Assembly: GCA_004297205.1 (NCBI GenBank)
Contig: SCUL01000002.1
Span: 658,893-722,892, forward strand
Direction of reading: 5' to 3'
DNA: 64,000 nt
DNA from: Patescibacteria group bacterium
GTDB lineage: Bacteria > Patescibacteriota > Patescibacteriia > 2-12-FULL-57-11
A program made the position numbers and the translations under genes. The notes beneath the pieces are model-generated. The model worked only from the letters and a program-made list of their open reading frames with translations, was not told the origin of the DNA and made no database searches. This document shows, piece by piece, positions 46,011 through 53,366 of this stretch (its first letter is position 1; every line of letters starts with the position of its first letter).

Positions 46011-47480
46011 TCAGGTCCTGTCAACGGGGACAGCGACCGCGGGTGCGTCTACAGTCTGTCCGCGGAGCTCGCGCCACGCGGGCCGGACGATGATCTCCGG
46101 ACTGCCGCCGACGATCTCGATGCACTCGACGACGCCGTCGACGGCCCGGCGTCGCAGCACGGGGTCGGGCGAAGCGAGCCACGCCTCGCAGTTCTCCGCG
46201 ATCTCGAGCAGCGCCTGTGTCCCGCGGGTCTCCTCCCCGTCGACCTTGACCGCGCGCAGCCTGCTCTCGCAGGCGCGCATCGCCTGATGGATGTCCGTGA
46301 ACTCCTTCTCGTAGGCGCCGATCGAGACAAGCTCGTTCGCCATCCGCATGACGAGCTGCCGGTACTGGACGTCGAGGCCGCGGCGACCGGCGCGAAGCGC
46401 GCGTACCTGCTCGGCCTGACGCGCAGTCTCCCGACGCATCTCCTCGCGGAGCTGCCGCCGCAGGATTGGTGCAGCACGTTCGGCCAGCCGTAGATCGCGC
46501 ACCTGCCGCACCACCTCCGTCTCGAGCGGCTCCGCTGCGGTGAGGTACCGGCAGGTGCTCCCGGCCCAGTGGCAGCGGTAGTAGGAGTAGACGCGGCCGG
46601 AGGGCTTCACGTGCCGCTCGGGGATCAGGTTCTTCCCGCAGCTCGGGCACCTCACCTTCCCGGAGAGCAGATGCTCGAGCCGTATGCGGGTGCGCCCGCC
46701 CGAGTCCTTCTGACGGAAGACCTCCTGGACGCGGGCGAACACCTCGCGCGAGACGAGCGCCGGGTGCGTTCCGTCGTGCTCGATGCCGCGCACCCGCATG
46801 ATGCCGGCGTAGAACGGGTTCTTGAGCAGGCGGCACAGGCCCGTCGCCGTGACCCGCTTACCGGTCCTCGAGACCAGGCCCTTCCGGTGGAGCTCGTCGG
46901 AGAGGGTGGTCGTCGGTACGGTGCCGGTCGCGAAGCGCTCGAAGGCTTCGCGCATCATCGGCGAGCGAGCCGGGTCGATGAGGACCCGGCCGCGTTCCTT
47001 GAGGTAGCCGACGGGTACCGCCCGAGCCCACCGGCCGCGGCGCAACGACTCGTCGATGCCTTTGCGGATCTCGAGACCGAGATTCGCGCTGTAGAACTCG
47101 GCGTGTGCAGCCATGATGTGTTCGAGGAACTCGCCCATCGGGTTGTCATCGAAACCCTCGACGAGGGAGACGATGCGCACCCCGACGCGGCGGAGCTTTC
47201 CCTTAAGAGTGAGGTAGCCGTAGATGTTCCGGGCGAGCCGATCGACGCGATGGACGAGCAGGACGTCGACCGTGCGGTCCGAGCTCGCGTGCCGCAGCAG
47301 CGACAACAATCCGGTACGTCCACGAAGCGTCTTGCCTGAGCCGACGTCCTGATACTCGCCGGCGATGGGCCAGCGTTCATCGGTAGCCCGGCGCCTGAGC
47401 GCGTGGAGCTGGGCGGGGATCGAGAGATCGCGCTCGGCCTGCTCACCGGTCGAGACGCGGGCGTAGAGAAGGACTGACAT
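46011..47480 (-). CDS. large serine recombinase (resolvase/invertase catalytic domain + recombinase domain + zinc ribbon)
   Basis: YARVSTGEQ catalytic-Ser motif, recombinase domain and CPSCG...C zinc ribbon. Start taken at MSVLLYARVSTGEQ; the ORF track's 47504 start is an upstream GTG. Confidence 0.85.
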   Translation of the reverse strand: MSVLLYARVSTGEQAERDLSIPAQLHALRRRATDERWPIAGEYQDVGSGKTLRGRTGLLSLLRHASSDRTVDVLLVHRVDRLARNIYGYLTLKGKLRRVGVRIVSLVEGFDDNPMGEFLEHIMAAHAEFYSANLGLEIRKGIDESLRRGRWARAVPVGYLKERGRVLIDPARSPMMREAFERFATGTVPTTTLSDELHRKGLVSRTGKRVTATGLCRLLKNPFYAGIMRVRGIEHDGTHPALVSREVFARVQEVFRQKDSGGRTRIRLEHLLSGKVRCPSCGKNLIPERHVKPSGRVYSYYRCHWAGSTCRYLTAAEPLETEVVRQVRDLRLAERAAPILRRQLREEMRRETARQAEQVRALRAGRRGLDVQYRQLVMRMANELVSIGAYEKEFTDIHQAMRACESRLRAVKVDGEETRGTQALLEIAENCEAWLASPDPVLRRRAVDGVVECIEIVGGSPEIIVRPAWRELRGQTVDAPAVAVPVDRT

Positions 47481-47481
47481 A

Positions 47482-47510
47482 CTGAGGTGGTTACGGGTTA
47501 CCACCTCAGC
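47482..47510. promoter_or_regulatory. GC-rich hairpin CTGAGGTGG-ttacgggttac-CCACCTCAG abutting the recombinase start codon
   Basis: 9-10 bp stem immediately 5' of the recombinase ATG. Candidate operator or att-associated site. Confidence 0.35.
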
Positions 47511-47699
47511 GTGCCAAACATCATCTCGAGGACGAACGCGCGTCGTCAGTGGGAGAACGGGACGAAGATGTCCCCACCCAGCATGCAGAATCGTAACGGC
47601 GGTGGGAGGTGGGCGTGGGACACACGATGTCGACAGTTGTCCACAAATCGAGAGCGGTGTGATTGAATTGGCGCCAGCCGGCTGCTGATCTCAAAGAGA

Positions 47700-47733
47700 A
47701 AACCCCTCGGCGCAGGACGTCCGAGGGGTCTCG
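47700..47733 (-). terminator. rho-independent terminator after the Cas2-like gene
   Basis: CCCCTCGG-cgcaggacgt-CCGAGGGG, followed on the minus strand by TTTTCTCTTT. Confidence 0.65.
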
Positions 47734-47742
47734 ATCGGTGGC

Positions 47743-48015
47743 TCAGCTGACGTTATTGTGCATCCACCGGAGGACGACGTCGTCAAGATTTTCAGACCAC
47801 CAAGAAGTCGTCATCCTGGTGATCAGCAGCCGGTCATTCGCGTCGAGACCGCCGGAGCCAAGGAGGTGGGTACGGAGTTCATCGCCCGAGAGAGACGTCT
47901 TCACCAGCCAGACGGATTCAAGAGGCCTGGCATAGGCGAACTGCCGCAGCGCCGCGTGCAATGTCGAATAGTCCTTCCCCACCTTCCGGAGATCGTAGCT
48001 GACCAAGTAGGTCAT
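47743..48015 (-). CDS. stand-alone Cas2/VapD-like small protein
   Basis: 90 aa, MTYLVSYDL...VGKDY..ALRQFAYARPLESVWLV... matches the Cas2 beta-alpha-beta layout (YDV....VAK...YG.RVQNSVF). No cas1 and no CRISPR array in the window. Confidence 0.35.
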   Translation of the reverse strand: MTYLVSYDLRKVGKDYSTLHAALRQFAYARPLESVWLVKTSLSGDELRTHLLGSGGLDANDRLLITRMTTSWWSENLDDVVLRWMHNNVS

Positions 48016-48147
48016 GTGATTGTTGGGCCGCCAGTGTGCTACACTAGTCGTGGTCCTGCTCCACGTCGCGCGTGCTTGGAGCGGCCGCTCTAGGAATGAA
48101 TGGACCGTTATCCCGGTCCATTCGGTATTTTCCCGCAGGTGTGAATC

Positions 48148-48177
48148 TTTGTCAACTTACTCCACACGGGTTGACAA
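48148..48177 (+). promoter_or_regulatory. inverted repeat TTGTCAAC-N13-GTTGACAA overlapping a -35 TTGACA upstream of the XRE gene
   Basis: Perfect 8-bp arms. The right arm contains TTGACA about 31 nt upstream of the ATG. Candidate autoregulatory operator. Confidence 0.45.
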
Positions 48178-48207
48178 CATCCATGTGCCTTGTAAAGATA
48201 GACCTCT

Positions 48208-48561
48208 ATGCAAACCCTTGGTGAGAAGATCAAGGTTCTCCGGGTGGCCAAGGGAATGACGCAGGAGGATCTGGCCGGGAAGCTTGGCTACTCGAAGTCT
48301 TTCATTTCCTATATTGAGAGTGGCGAGCGGAATCTGAGTGACGTCGATACCGATCGTATCGCGAAATGCCTAGAAGTGAGCGCGGAAGACCTTCGTTCGA
48401 AAGGTGCCGTCGTTTCGTTTCAGTTTCGTTCATCGAAGGTCGGCACAGACGAGGAGCACCGCAAGGTTGCTCAGAAGTTCACAGATTACGCGAGGAAACT
48501 AATCGAGGATTCGGATTCCAACCAGGAAGCCAGCGTATGGAAGGGCAGTCAGAAAAGATAA
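48208..48561 (+). CDS. XRE-family helix-turn-helix transcriptional regulator
   Basis: KIKVLRVAKGMTQEDLAGKLGYSKSFISYIESGERNLS HTH. Confidence 0.8.
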   Translation: MQTLGEKIKVLRVAKGMTQEDLAGKLGYSKSFISYIESGERNLSDVDTDRIAKCLEVSAEDLRSKGAVVSFQFRSSKVGTDEEHRKVAQKFTDYARKLIEDSDSNQEASVWKGSQKR

Positions 48562-49013
48562 GAGGAATATTGAAACAAGCGGGCATTACTGTTCCGCCCG
48601 TGGACGTCACAAAGGTGGCCGAGCTGTTTTCGATCCCTGTCATTCCCTACCCAGACTTCCCCGAAGACATCTCGGGGACCATCGTCCGTTTGGATGACAA
48701 CGGCAAGGCGGTGATCGGCATCAATCAGAAACACGCGGCCGTTCGGCAGCGGTTCACGGTGGCGCACGAATTGGGTCACTACCTCTGCGGCCATGACGAC
48801 CGCACCATTGTCGATGATCGTCTCGACAAGGACAGTCCGAAGGAAACCGAAGCCAACCGTTTCGCAGCGGAGCTTCTCATGCCTCGGGATTTGCTTGTCG
48901 TTGACCTAAAGAAGGGTCGCTTTGATATACCTGCTCTAGCTCAGCGCTACCAGGTGAGTGAGCAGGCGATGTCGGTAAGGTTGCTCCAGTCCGGATTGCT
49001 GAAGAAGTTCTAA
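48537..49013 (+). CDS. ImmA/IrrE-family metallopeptidase (HEXXH)
   Basis: FTVAHELGHYLCGHDD HEXXH motif, ...EANRFAAELLMP. Internal Met MEGQSEK of ORF 48366..49013, overlapping the XRE gene by 25 nt. Confidence 0.8.
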   Translation: MEGQSEKIRGILKQAGITVPPVDVTKVAELFSIPVIPYPDFPEDISGTIVRLDDNGKAVIGINQKHAAVRQRFTVAHELGHYLCGHDDRTIVDDRLDKDSPKETEANRFAAELLMPRDLLVVDLKKGRFDIPALAQRYQVSEQAMSVRLLQSGLLKKF

Positions 49014-49099
49014 GTGCGATTCCACTTCGCTTTCAGGAAGTGATTTCTAACATCGTTGATTGGGGTCCACCAAAAGGATTCCAGCATTTGCCATGAAAT

Positions 49100-49660
49100 A
49101 TGCCTGATGAACAAAAAGAAAAGATCGAGATTGCGAGACATTTCGATACTCAGCTTTGGGCAATTCCAGCAGTATTTGTAACCATGGTCGCGTTTCTTTC
49201 TGAAGGACTCGACAAGAAAGACTTTGTAGGTTGGTGGAATTTTTGCTTTTTTCTGACAGCAGCCGCCTTTTCCTGGCTCCTGTTGTTGCTTTTTAATAAA
49301 GTTCACTTTCAACAACTGAGGCTTAGTCACCCTTCAAAGAAAAGCGCGCCCCAGGAGAGCGAGGACAAGGGCGACAAAGAACTCGCGCTTGATTCATTTT
49401 TTTCGCTCTCGAGAGGTGAAGTTGTTCAAGAGGTTCAACGACTAAAGGGTGAGGGCGTGGATATATCACTTTGGCAAGAGTGGCTTGCAAAGCGGACCGT
49501 GGCGGCATGGTGGCGCATTGTCATGACCCTTTTCGCTGTTGGAACTCTTGTGGTAGCTGCATACATTTTTTTCATTCTGATCGGTGATTGTGCAACGCGG
49601 ACGCAGAGTCGGCCTTTTGTTCAGTGTGTAATATCAGCAAAGGCGATTACATATAATTAA
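49100..49660 (+). CDS. hypothetical membrane protein
   Basis: 186 aa with several TM helices; AT-richer than the flanking core genome. Confidence 0.5.
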   Translation: MPDEQKEKIEIARHFDTQLWAIPAVFVTMVAFLSEGLDKKDFVGWWNFCFFLTAAAFSWLLLLLFNKVHFQQLRLSHPSKKSAPQESEDKGDKELALDSFFSLSRGEVVQEVQRLKGEGVDISLWQEWLAKRTVAAWWRIVMTLFAVGTLVVAAYIFFILIGDCATRTQSRPFVQCVISAKAITYN

Positions 49661-49663
49661 GAT

Positions 49664-50125
49664 ATGGATGATCGGGCATTTCTCGAGATCGCAGTAGATG
49701 TTTCTCGGGAATCAGTTATTCTCGGCGGTTTTCCCGTCGGGGCGATCATTGTTCGAGAAGGAGAAATCATTTCGCGCGGCGTCAGCAATGGCAAGCAGCT
49801 GAAAGATCCGACCAGTCACGCTGAAATCGCCGCCATCCGTGACGCCTGTCAGAAGTTGCAGAGGCAGAGTTTGAAAGATGCGGTTCTTTACTCGTCGATG
49901 GAGCCGTGCCTGATGTGCTTTGCTGCGGCGACGTGGGCCTCCGTACCGAGAATAGTGTATGCCTGTGGCAGGGCACGGGTGGGTGAAGAGCATTTTGAAG
50001 GCGCGCACGATGTCCCCGCGTTGAATGCACGTGCCCGCAAGCCCATCGAATTCCTCCACATCACCACCCTCGAAGAAACGGCGGCCCAAGTGATAAGCGA
50101 ATGGAAAACGGAATCCTCGCGATAA
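49664..50125 (+). CDS. cytidine/deoxycytidylate-type zinc deaminase (TadA/guanine deaminase-like)
   Basis: SHAEIAAI and MEPCLMCFAA zinc-binding motifs (H-A-E ... P-C-x-x-C). Confidence 0.8.
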   Translation: MDDRAFLEIAVDVSRESVILGGFPVGAIIVREGEIISRGVSNGKQLKDPTSHAEIAAIRDACQKLQRQSLKDAVLYSSMEPCLMCFAAATWASVPRIVYACGRARVGEEHFEGAHDVPALNARARKPIEFLHITTLEETAAQVISEWKTESSR

Positions 50126-50187
50126 GAGAGGATAAATTCGGTGAAATAGCTGCTAGAATCAGAGAGGTGGAGGGACGGTCGTAGCCG

Positions 50188-51099
50188 TTGGCGGCTTACT
50201 TGAATACCATGCATTGGATTTCACTCTCCTTGCTTGGCCCGCTCTTTTGGGCCTCATCTAATTTCGTCGATAAGTACATCCTCAGTAAACACTCGAAGGG
50301 GATCTTCGACTTCCTTTTCTTTTCAACAATCACGAGTTGGTTCTTGTTTGTCCTTCTGTTTATTTTTGTCGGGATGCCGGAACTGACGGTGTACTCATGG
50401 ATACCTATTTTGACGGGAGTCATCCTCATCTACTCGTACGGCTTCTACGGAAAGGCGCTCGAACAGGGGGACACATCGGCGCTCGTCATTCTGTTCAAGT
50501 TGATTCCAGTTATCACGCTCATCCTGGCGTTCGTCTTTTTAGGTCAAACCGTATCTTCTCGTGAGCTGCTCGGTTTTTTGATCGTTCTTGCGGGAGCAAC
50601 GATCGTTTCGTTTGAAAAAAGCAGAGGCGTCCTTATCAAAGGTTTTGGCATGATACTCATTGCCATATTCATGTGGTCCGTGATGACCCTTTTCATCGAT
50701 TACGGACTCACAAAGATGTCTTTCTGGGATTACTTTTTGCTCGATACTTTGGGTTCAGCGATAGCCGGACTGACGTTTTTTATTGTTCCCGCGATGCGGA
50801 GACAAATCATTGATGGGTTGAAAACTGCCACCACCGGTAAATATGTTTGGTTTTCCGGAAACAATCTTTTGGATTTCTTTGGCCAAATGAGCGTTAAGAA
50901 GGCTCTTGCGATTGCTCCCTCTGCCGGCCTGGTGACGGTCGTCACGCAAGTACAATCTTTCTATGCGATAGTGATTGGACTTGTGCTGACGCTCCTCATC
51001 CCCAAGATCATAAAGGAAGACATCTCCAGGTTTACTTTAGTGAAAAGATTCGTTGGCGCTTTGATCATGTTCTCGGGAGTCTATATTTTGTTGGCGTAG
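50188..51099 (+). CDS. EamA/DMT-superfamily transporter
   Basis: 303 aa, ~10 TM helices in two halves. Start possibly at MHWISLS (50209). Confidence 0.7.
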   Translation: MAAYLNTMHWISLSLLGPLFWASSNFVDKYILSKHSKGIFDFLFFSTITSWFLFVLLFIFVGMPELTVYSWIPILTGVILIYSYGFYGKALEQGDTSALVILFKLIPVITLILAFVFLGQTVSSRELLGFLIVLAGATIVSFEKSRGVLIKGFGMILIAIFMWSVMTLFIDYGLTKMSFWDYFLLDTLGSAIAGLTFFIVPAMRRQIIDGLKTATTGKYVWFSGNNLLDFFGQMSVKKALAIAPSAGLVTVVTQVQSFYAIVIGLVLTLLIPKIIKEDISRFTLVKRFVGALIMFSGVYILLA

Positions 51100-51241
51100 T
51101 TTTTCAATCGGGCGGAACAAAAGCCGAGGCGGGGTGAGTCCCGTTACGCTCGGGTTGCGATTACCGCCAGTGCCTTCGTAGTCGATACGGTGATACAATG
51201 CTTCCGTCGATCATGGCCATTCATCATTTAACAGAACGGGT

Positions 51242-51589
51242 ATGCCATACAGCTGCGGAGAAAACAAGCATCGAGCGATCGTTTTGGCGATCGCCGCGGC
51301 ACATGACACGAAGGATGCGGCCGTCGCAGAGGCAAAGAAACTCTTTGAGGACATCGTGCAGAAAGATTTCGACGGTCATGTCAAAGAGGCATGTCCTCGG
51401 GGGAAATGTCCTGAAGCCCATATTTTCGGCTCCGTGGATCCCAACCCCCCGAAAATCGACGCGCATCAGGATCGCCAGGGGAAGTGGGTCTGTGGCATTT
51501 CAAGTAACCTCATCATCGACGTCTACTGTCTGCCTAAATCTGAAACGGGACCCGTTACCTTCCCTCCGACTATCGAGTGGGAAGAATAG
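51242..51589 (+). CDS. hypothetical protein (115 aa, Cys pairs)
   Basis: CPRGKCPEAH... No family assignment. Confidence 0.45.
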   Translation: MPYSCGENKHRAIVLAIAAAHDTKDAAVAEAKKLFEDIVQKDFDGHVKEACPRGKCPEAHIFGSVDPNPPKIDAHQDRQGKWVCGISSNLIIDVYCLPKSETGPVTFPPTIEWEE

Positions 51590-51609
51590 ACTCGACTTCG
51601 CCATCGCAC

Positions 51610-51633
51610 GCCGCGGTTACCCCGCGGCGTTTT
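51610..51633 (+). terminator. rho-independent terminator (GCCGCGG-ttacc-CCGCGGC + TTTTG)
   Basis: Perfect 7-bp GC stem followed by a T-run after the 51242..51589 gene. Confidence 0.65.
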
Positions 51634-51636
51634 GTA

Positions 51637-51665
51637 TTGACGCGCGTTTTGGGCGGGGGTATGGT
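51637..51665 (+). promoter_or_regulatory. promoter TTGACG-17 nt-TATGGT upstream of the TrpF-like gene
   Basis: -35 and -10 with a 17-nt spacer, then SD GGAAGGAGG and ATG at 51690. Confidence 0.5.
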
Positions 51666-51689
51666 CGCGCCGGTGGAAGGAGGACCACG

Positions 51690-52472
51690 ATGCCCAGTTA
51701 CGTCGGCGTAACCGGATTCACACAGCACGACCAGGTGATGCGCGCGCTCCAGGCGGTGCCGGAGCGTTCGGCCCGGAAGTTCATGGTGGGCGTGTTGGCG
51801 AGCGCCAAGTCGCTGCGCGGCATCCCGCTCAAGCCGGAGTGGCAGGATCGTTACCCGAAGCGCGAGGAGATCGCCGGGATCTTCCCGGACGATCCGCGCA
51901 CGCTCAACCTGGTGCACTACGCGCCCGGGGAGGAGTACCGGGAGACGTTGATCAACGACCTCATCGCGCTCAGCGAAATGGCCGGCCCGCGTTTGCACGG
52001 TTTTCAGCTGAACGCCGCCTGGCCGCGGCCGACCACGCTCGGCGTCTACAGGGAACACTGCGGCTACCGCAACGACGTCATCGTGCTCCAGCTCGGACGG
52101 GCCGCGCTCGCCGAAATGGCGGGCGACCACCGTGCCGTGGCGGAGCGGGTCCGGGAATACGGCGCGCTCATCGACGCCGTGCTCGTGGATCCGAGCTGCG
52201 GCACGGGGCAGCCGTTCGACGCCCGCGCTGCGCGGGCTCTCCTGGCCGCCGTCGCCGACCGCTGTCCGCATCTCGGTCTCGGCGTGGCCGGCGGACTTGG
52301 TCCGGATCGGCTCGACGCGGCGCTTGAGCTGGCGACGGATTTCCCCCGGCTCTCGATCGATGCCGAGGGACGGCTGCGGAGCCCCGACGGGCTGAATGAG
52401 CACGTCGTGTCTGCCTACCTGCAGCAGGCCTACGGCGTACTCGACCGCGTCCCGTACGCATTGCCGGCCTGA
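51690..52472 (+). CDS. TrpF-like (phosphoribosylanthranilate isomerase family) TIM-barrel protein
   Basis: Internal Met MPSYVGVTGFTQHD of ORF 51198..52472 with a strong SD. C-terminal pattern D-x-S-x-GTGQPFD ... GVAGGLGPDRLDAAL ... SIDAEGRL resembles TrpF. No other trp genes are nearby. Confidence 0.55.
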   Translation: MPSYVGVTGFTQHDQVMRALQAVPERSARKFMVGVLASAKSLRGIPLKPEWQDRYPKREEIAGIFPDDPRTLNLVHYAPGEEYRETLINDLIALSEMAGPRLHGFQLNAAWPRPTTLGVYREHCGYRNDVIVLQLGRAALAEMAGDHRAVAERVREYGALIDAVLVDPSCGTGQPFDARAARALLAAVADRCPHLGLGVAGGLGPDRLDAALELATDFPRLSIDAEGRLRSPDGLNEHVVSAYLQQAYGVLDRVPYALPA

Positions 52473-52510
52473 GGAGTTCGTTCGGCCCCACCGGAGGTGT
52501 CGGCCTCAGG

Positions 52511-52547
52511 ACGTCGCACGCCATTGATGCGTGCGACGCTTTTTTAT
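52511..52547 (+). terminator. rho-independent terminator (ACGTCGCACGC-cattgat-GCGTGCGACG + TTTTTT)
   Basis: 10-bp stem plus a T6 run after the TrpF-like gene. Confidence 0.8.
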
Positions 52548-52560
52548 GTATCATGTCGGC

Positions 52561-53325
52561 ATGCCGAAACGCCTCCTCACGCTCGCCGCTGCAATTGCGC
52601 TCCTCGGCGCGTCTTGTTCATCCCCGCCCGCGACCGGCTATCTGCCGCCGCCGGCGGAGCAGCCGCCGCTGGTTGCACCCGCCCGCGAACAGAATCTGAT
52701 CGTCGAAGAGCGCACCGCTTCTTCGTCACGGTTTTTGGTGATCCGGCAGAAGGAGCCGCAGGTGAAGCTGGCGCTTATTCGCCCGGACGAGAACGATCCG
52801 GACATCCTCCTGTCCGTCCCCGGCACGTACACGTCTCCTCAGGATACCATCGAAGGCTACGTCGTGCTCGACGGGCAGATCGTGCAACAAAAGGAACGGC
52901 AGGGCTGGGACGGCGCGATCGCGTTCAAGGACGGCGGCGTCGACATCCGCCAAACCAACCGCGGGCGCGCGCTCACCAAAGAGGCGCTGGCCGACATCGC
53001 TGCACAGGGCGCCTCGCTCATCCAGGTGCATCTGCTTGTCAAAGACGGGACGCCGCAGCACTTCAAGGAACAGCCGCCGACGTTGCGCCGTGCGTTGGCT
53101 GTGATGAAAGATGGCACGCCGGCCGTGATCGAAAGCCGCGACTTCTTCGACCTGAACGCCTTTGCCGCGTTGCTCGTCGAGCTCGGCGCGCGCGACGCCG
53201 CCAACCTCGACATGGGCAGCTGGAGTGCCGGCTGGTACAGGGGCGGCGATGGCCGGCCGGTGCCGATCGGCTATCCGCATGAAAACGCCAAGCGGCAGAC
53301 GAACTGGATCGTCTTCGGGGAGTGA
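52561..53325 (+). CDS. lipoprotein (lipobox LGASC), hypothetical
   Basis: MPKRLLTLAAAIALLGASC-SS signal/lipobox. Internal Met of ORF 52531..53325. Confidence 0.6.
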   Translation: MPKRLLTLAAAIALLGASCSSPPATGYLPPPAEQPPLVAPAREQNLIVEERTASSSRFLVIRQKEPQVKLALIRPDENDPDILLSVPGTYTSPQDTIEGYVVLDGQIVQQKERQGWDGAIAFKDGGVDIRQTNRGRALTKEALADIAAQGASLIQVHLLVKDGTPQHFKEQPPTLRRALAVMKDGTPAVIESRDFFDLNAFAALLVELGARDAANLDMGSWSAGWYRGGDGRPVPIGYPHENAKRQTNWIVFGE

Positions 53326-53366
53326 ACCGGGCCATCAGGGTCCGGTTTTGGTATGATGCTCCCGAT

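Larger units (their letters stand above)
45012..51190. mobile_element. putative integrated element / genomic island 3' of tRNA-Ala (serine recombinase, Cas2-like, XRE/ImmA, deaminase, DMT transporter)
   Basis: Starts at the 3' end of tRNA-Ala. GC content is lower, especially 49.0-51.1 kb. Carries a large serine recombinase and an ImmR/ImmA-type regulatory pair. The right boundary is not defined; no convincing direct repeat of the tRNA 3' end was found. Confidence 0.5.

Noticed and set aside
51100-51250. Direct repeat of the tRNA-Ala 3' end marking the right boundary of the island
   Set aside because: The best candidate (GGGTTGCGATTACCGCC...) has only ~60% identity to the tRNA 3' end, not distinguishable from chance. 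The right boundary is left undefined.
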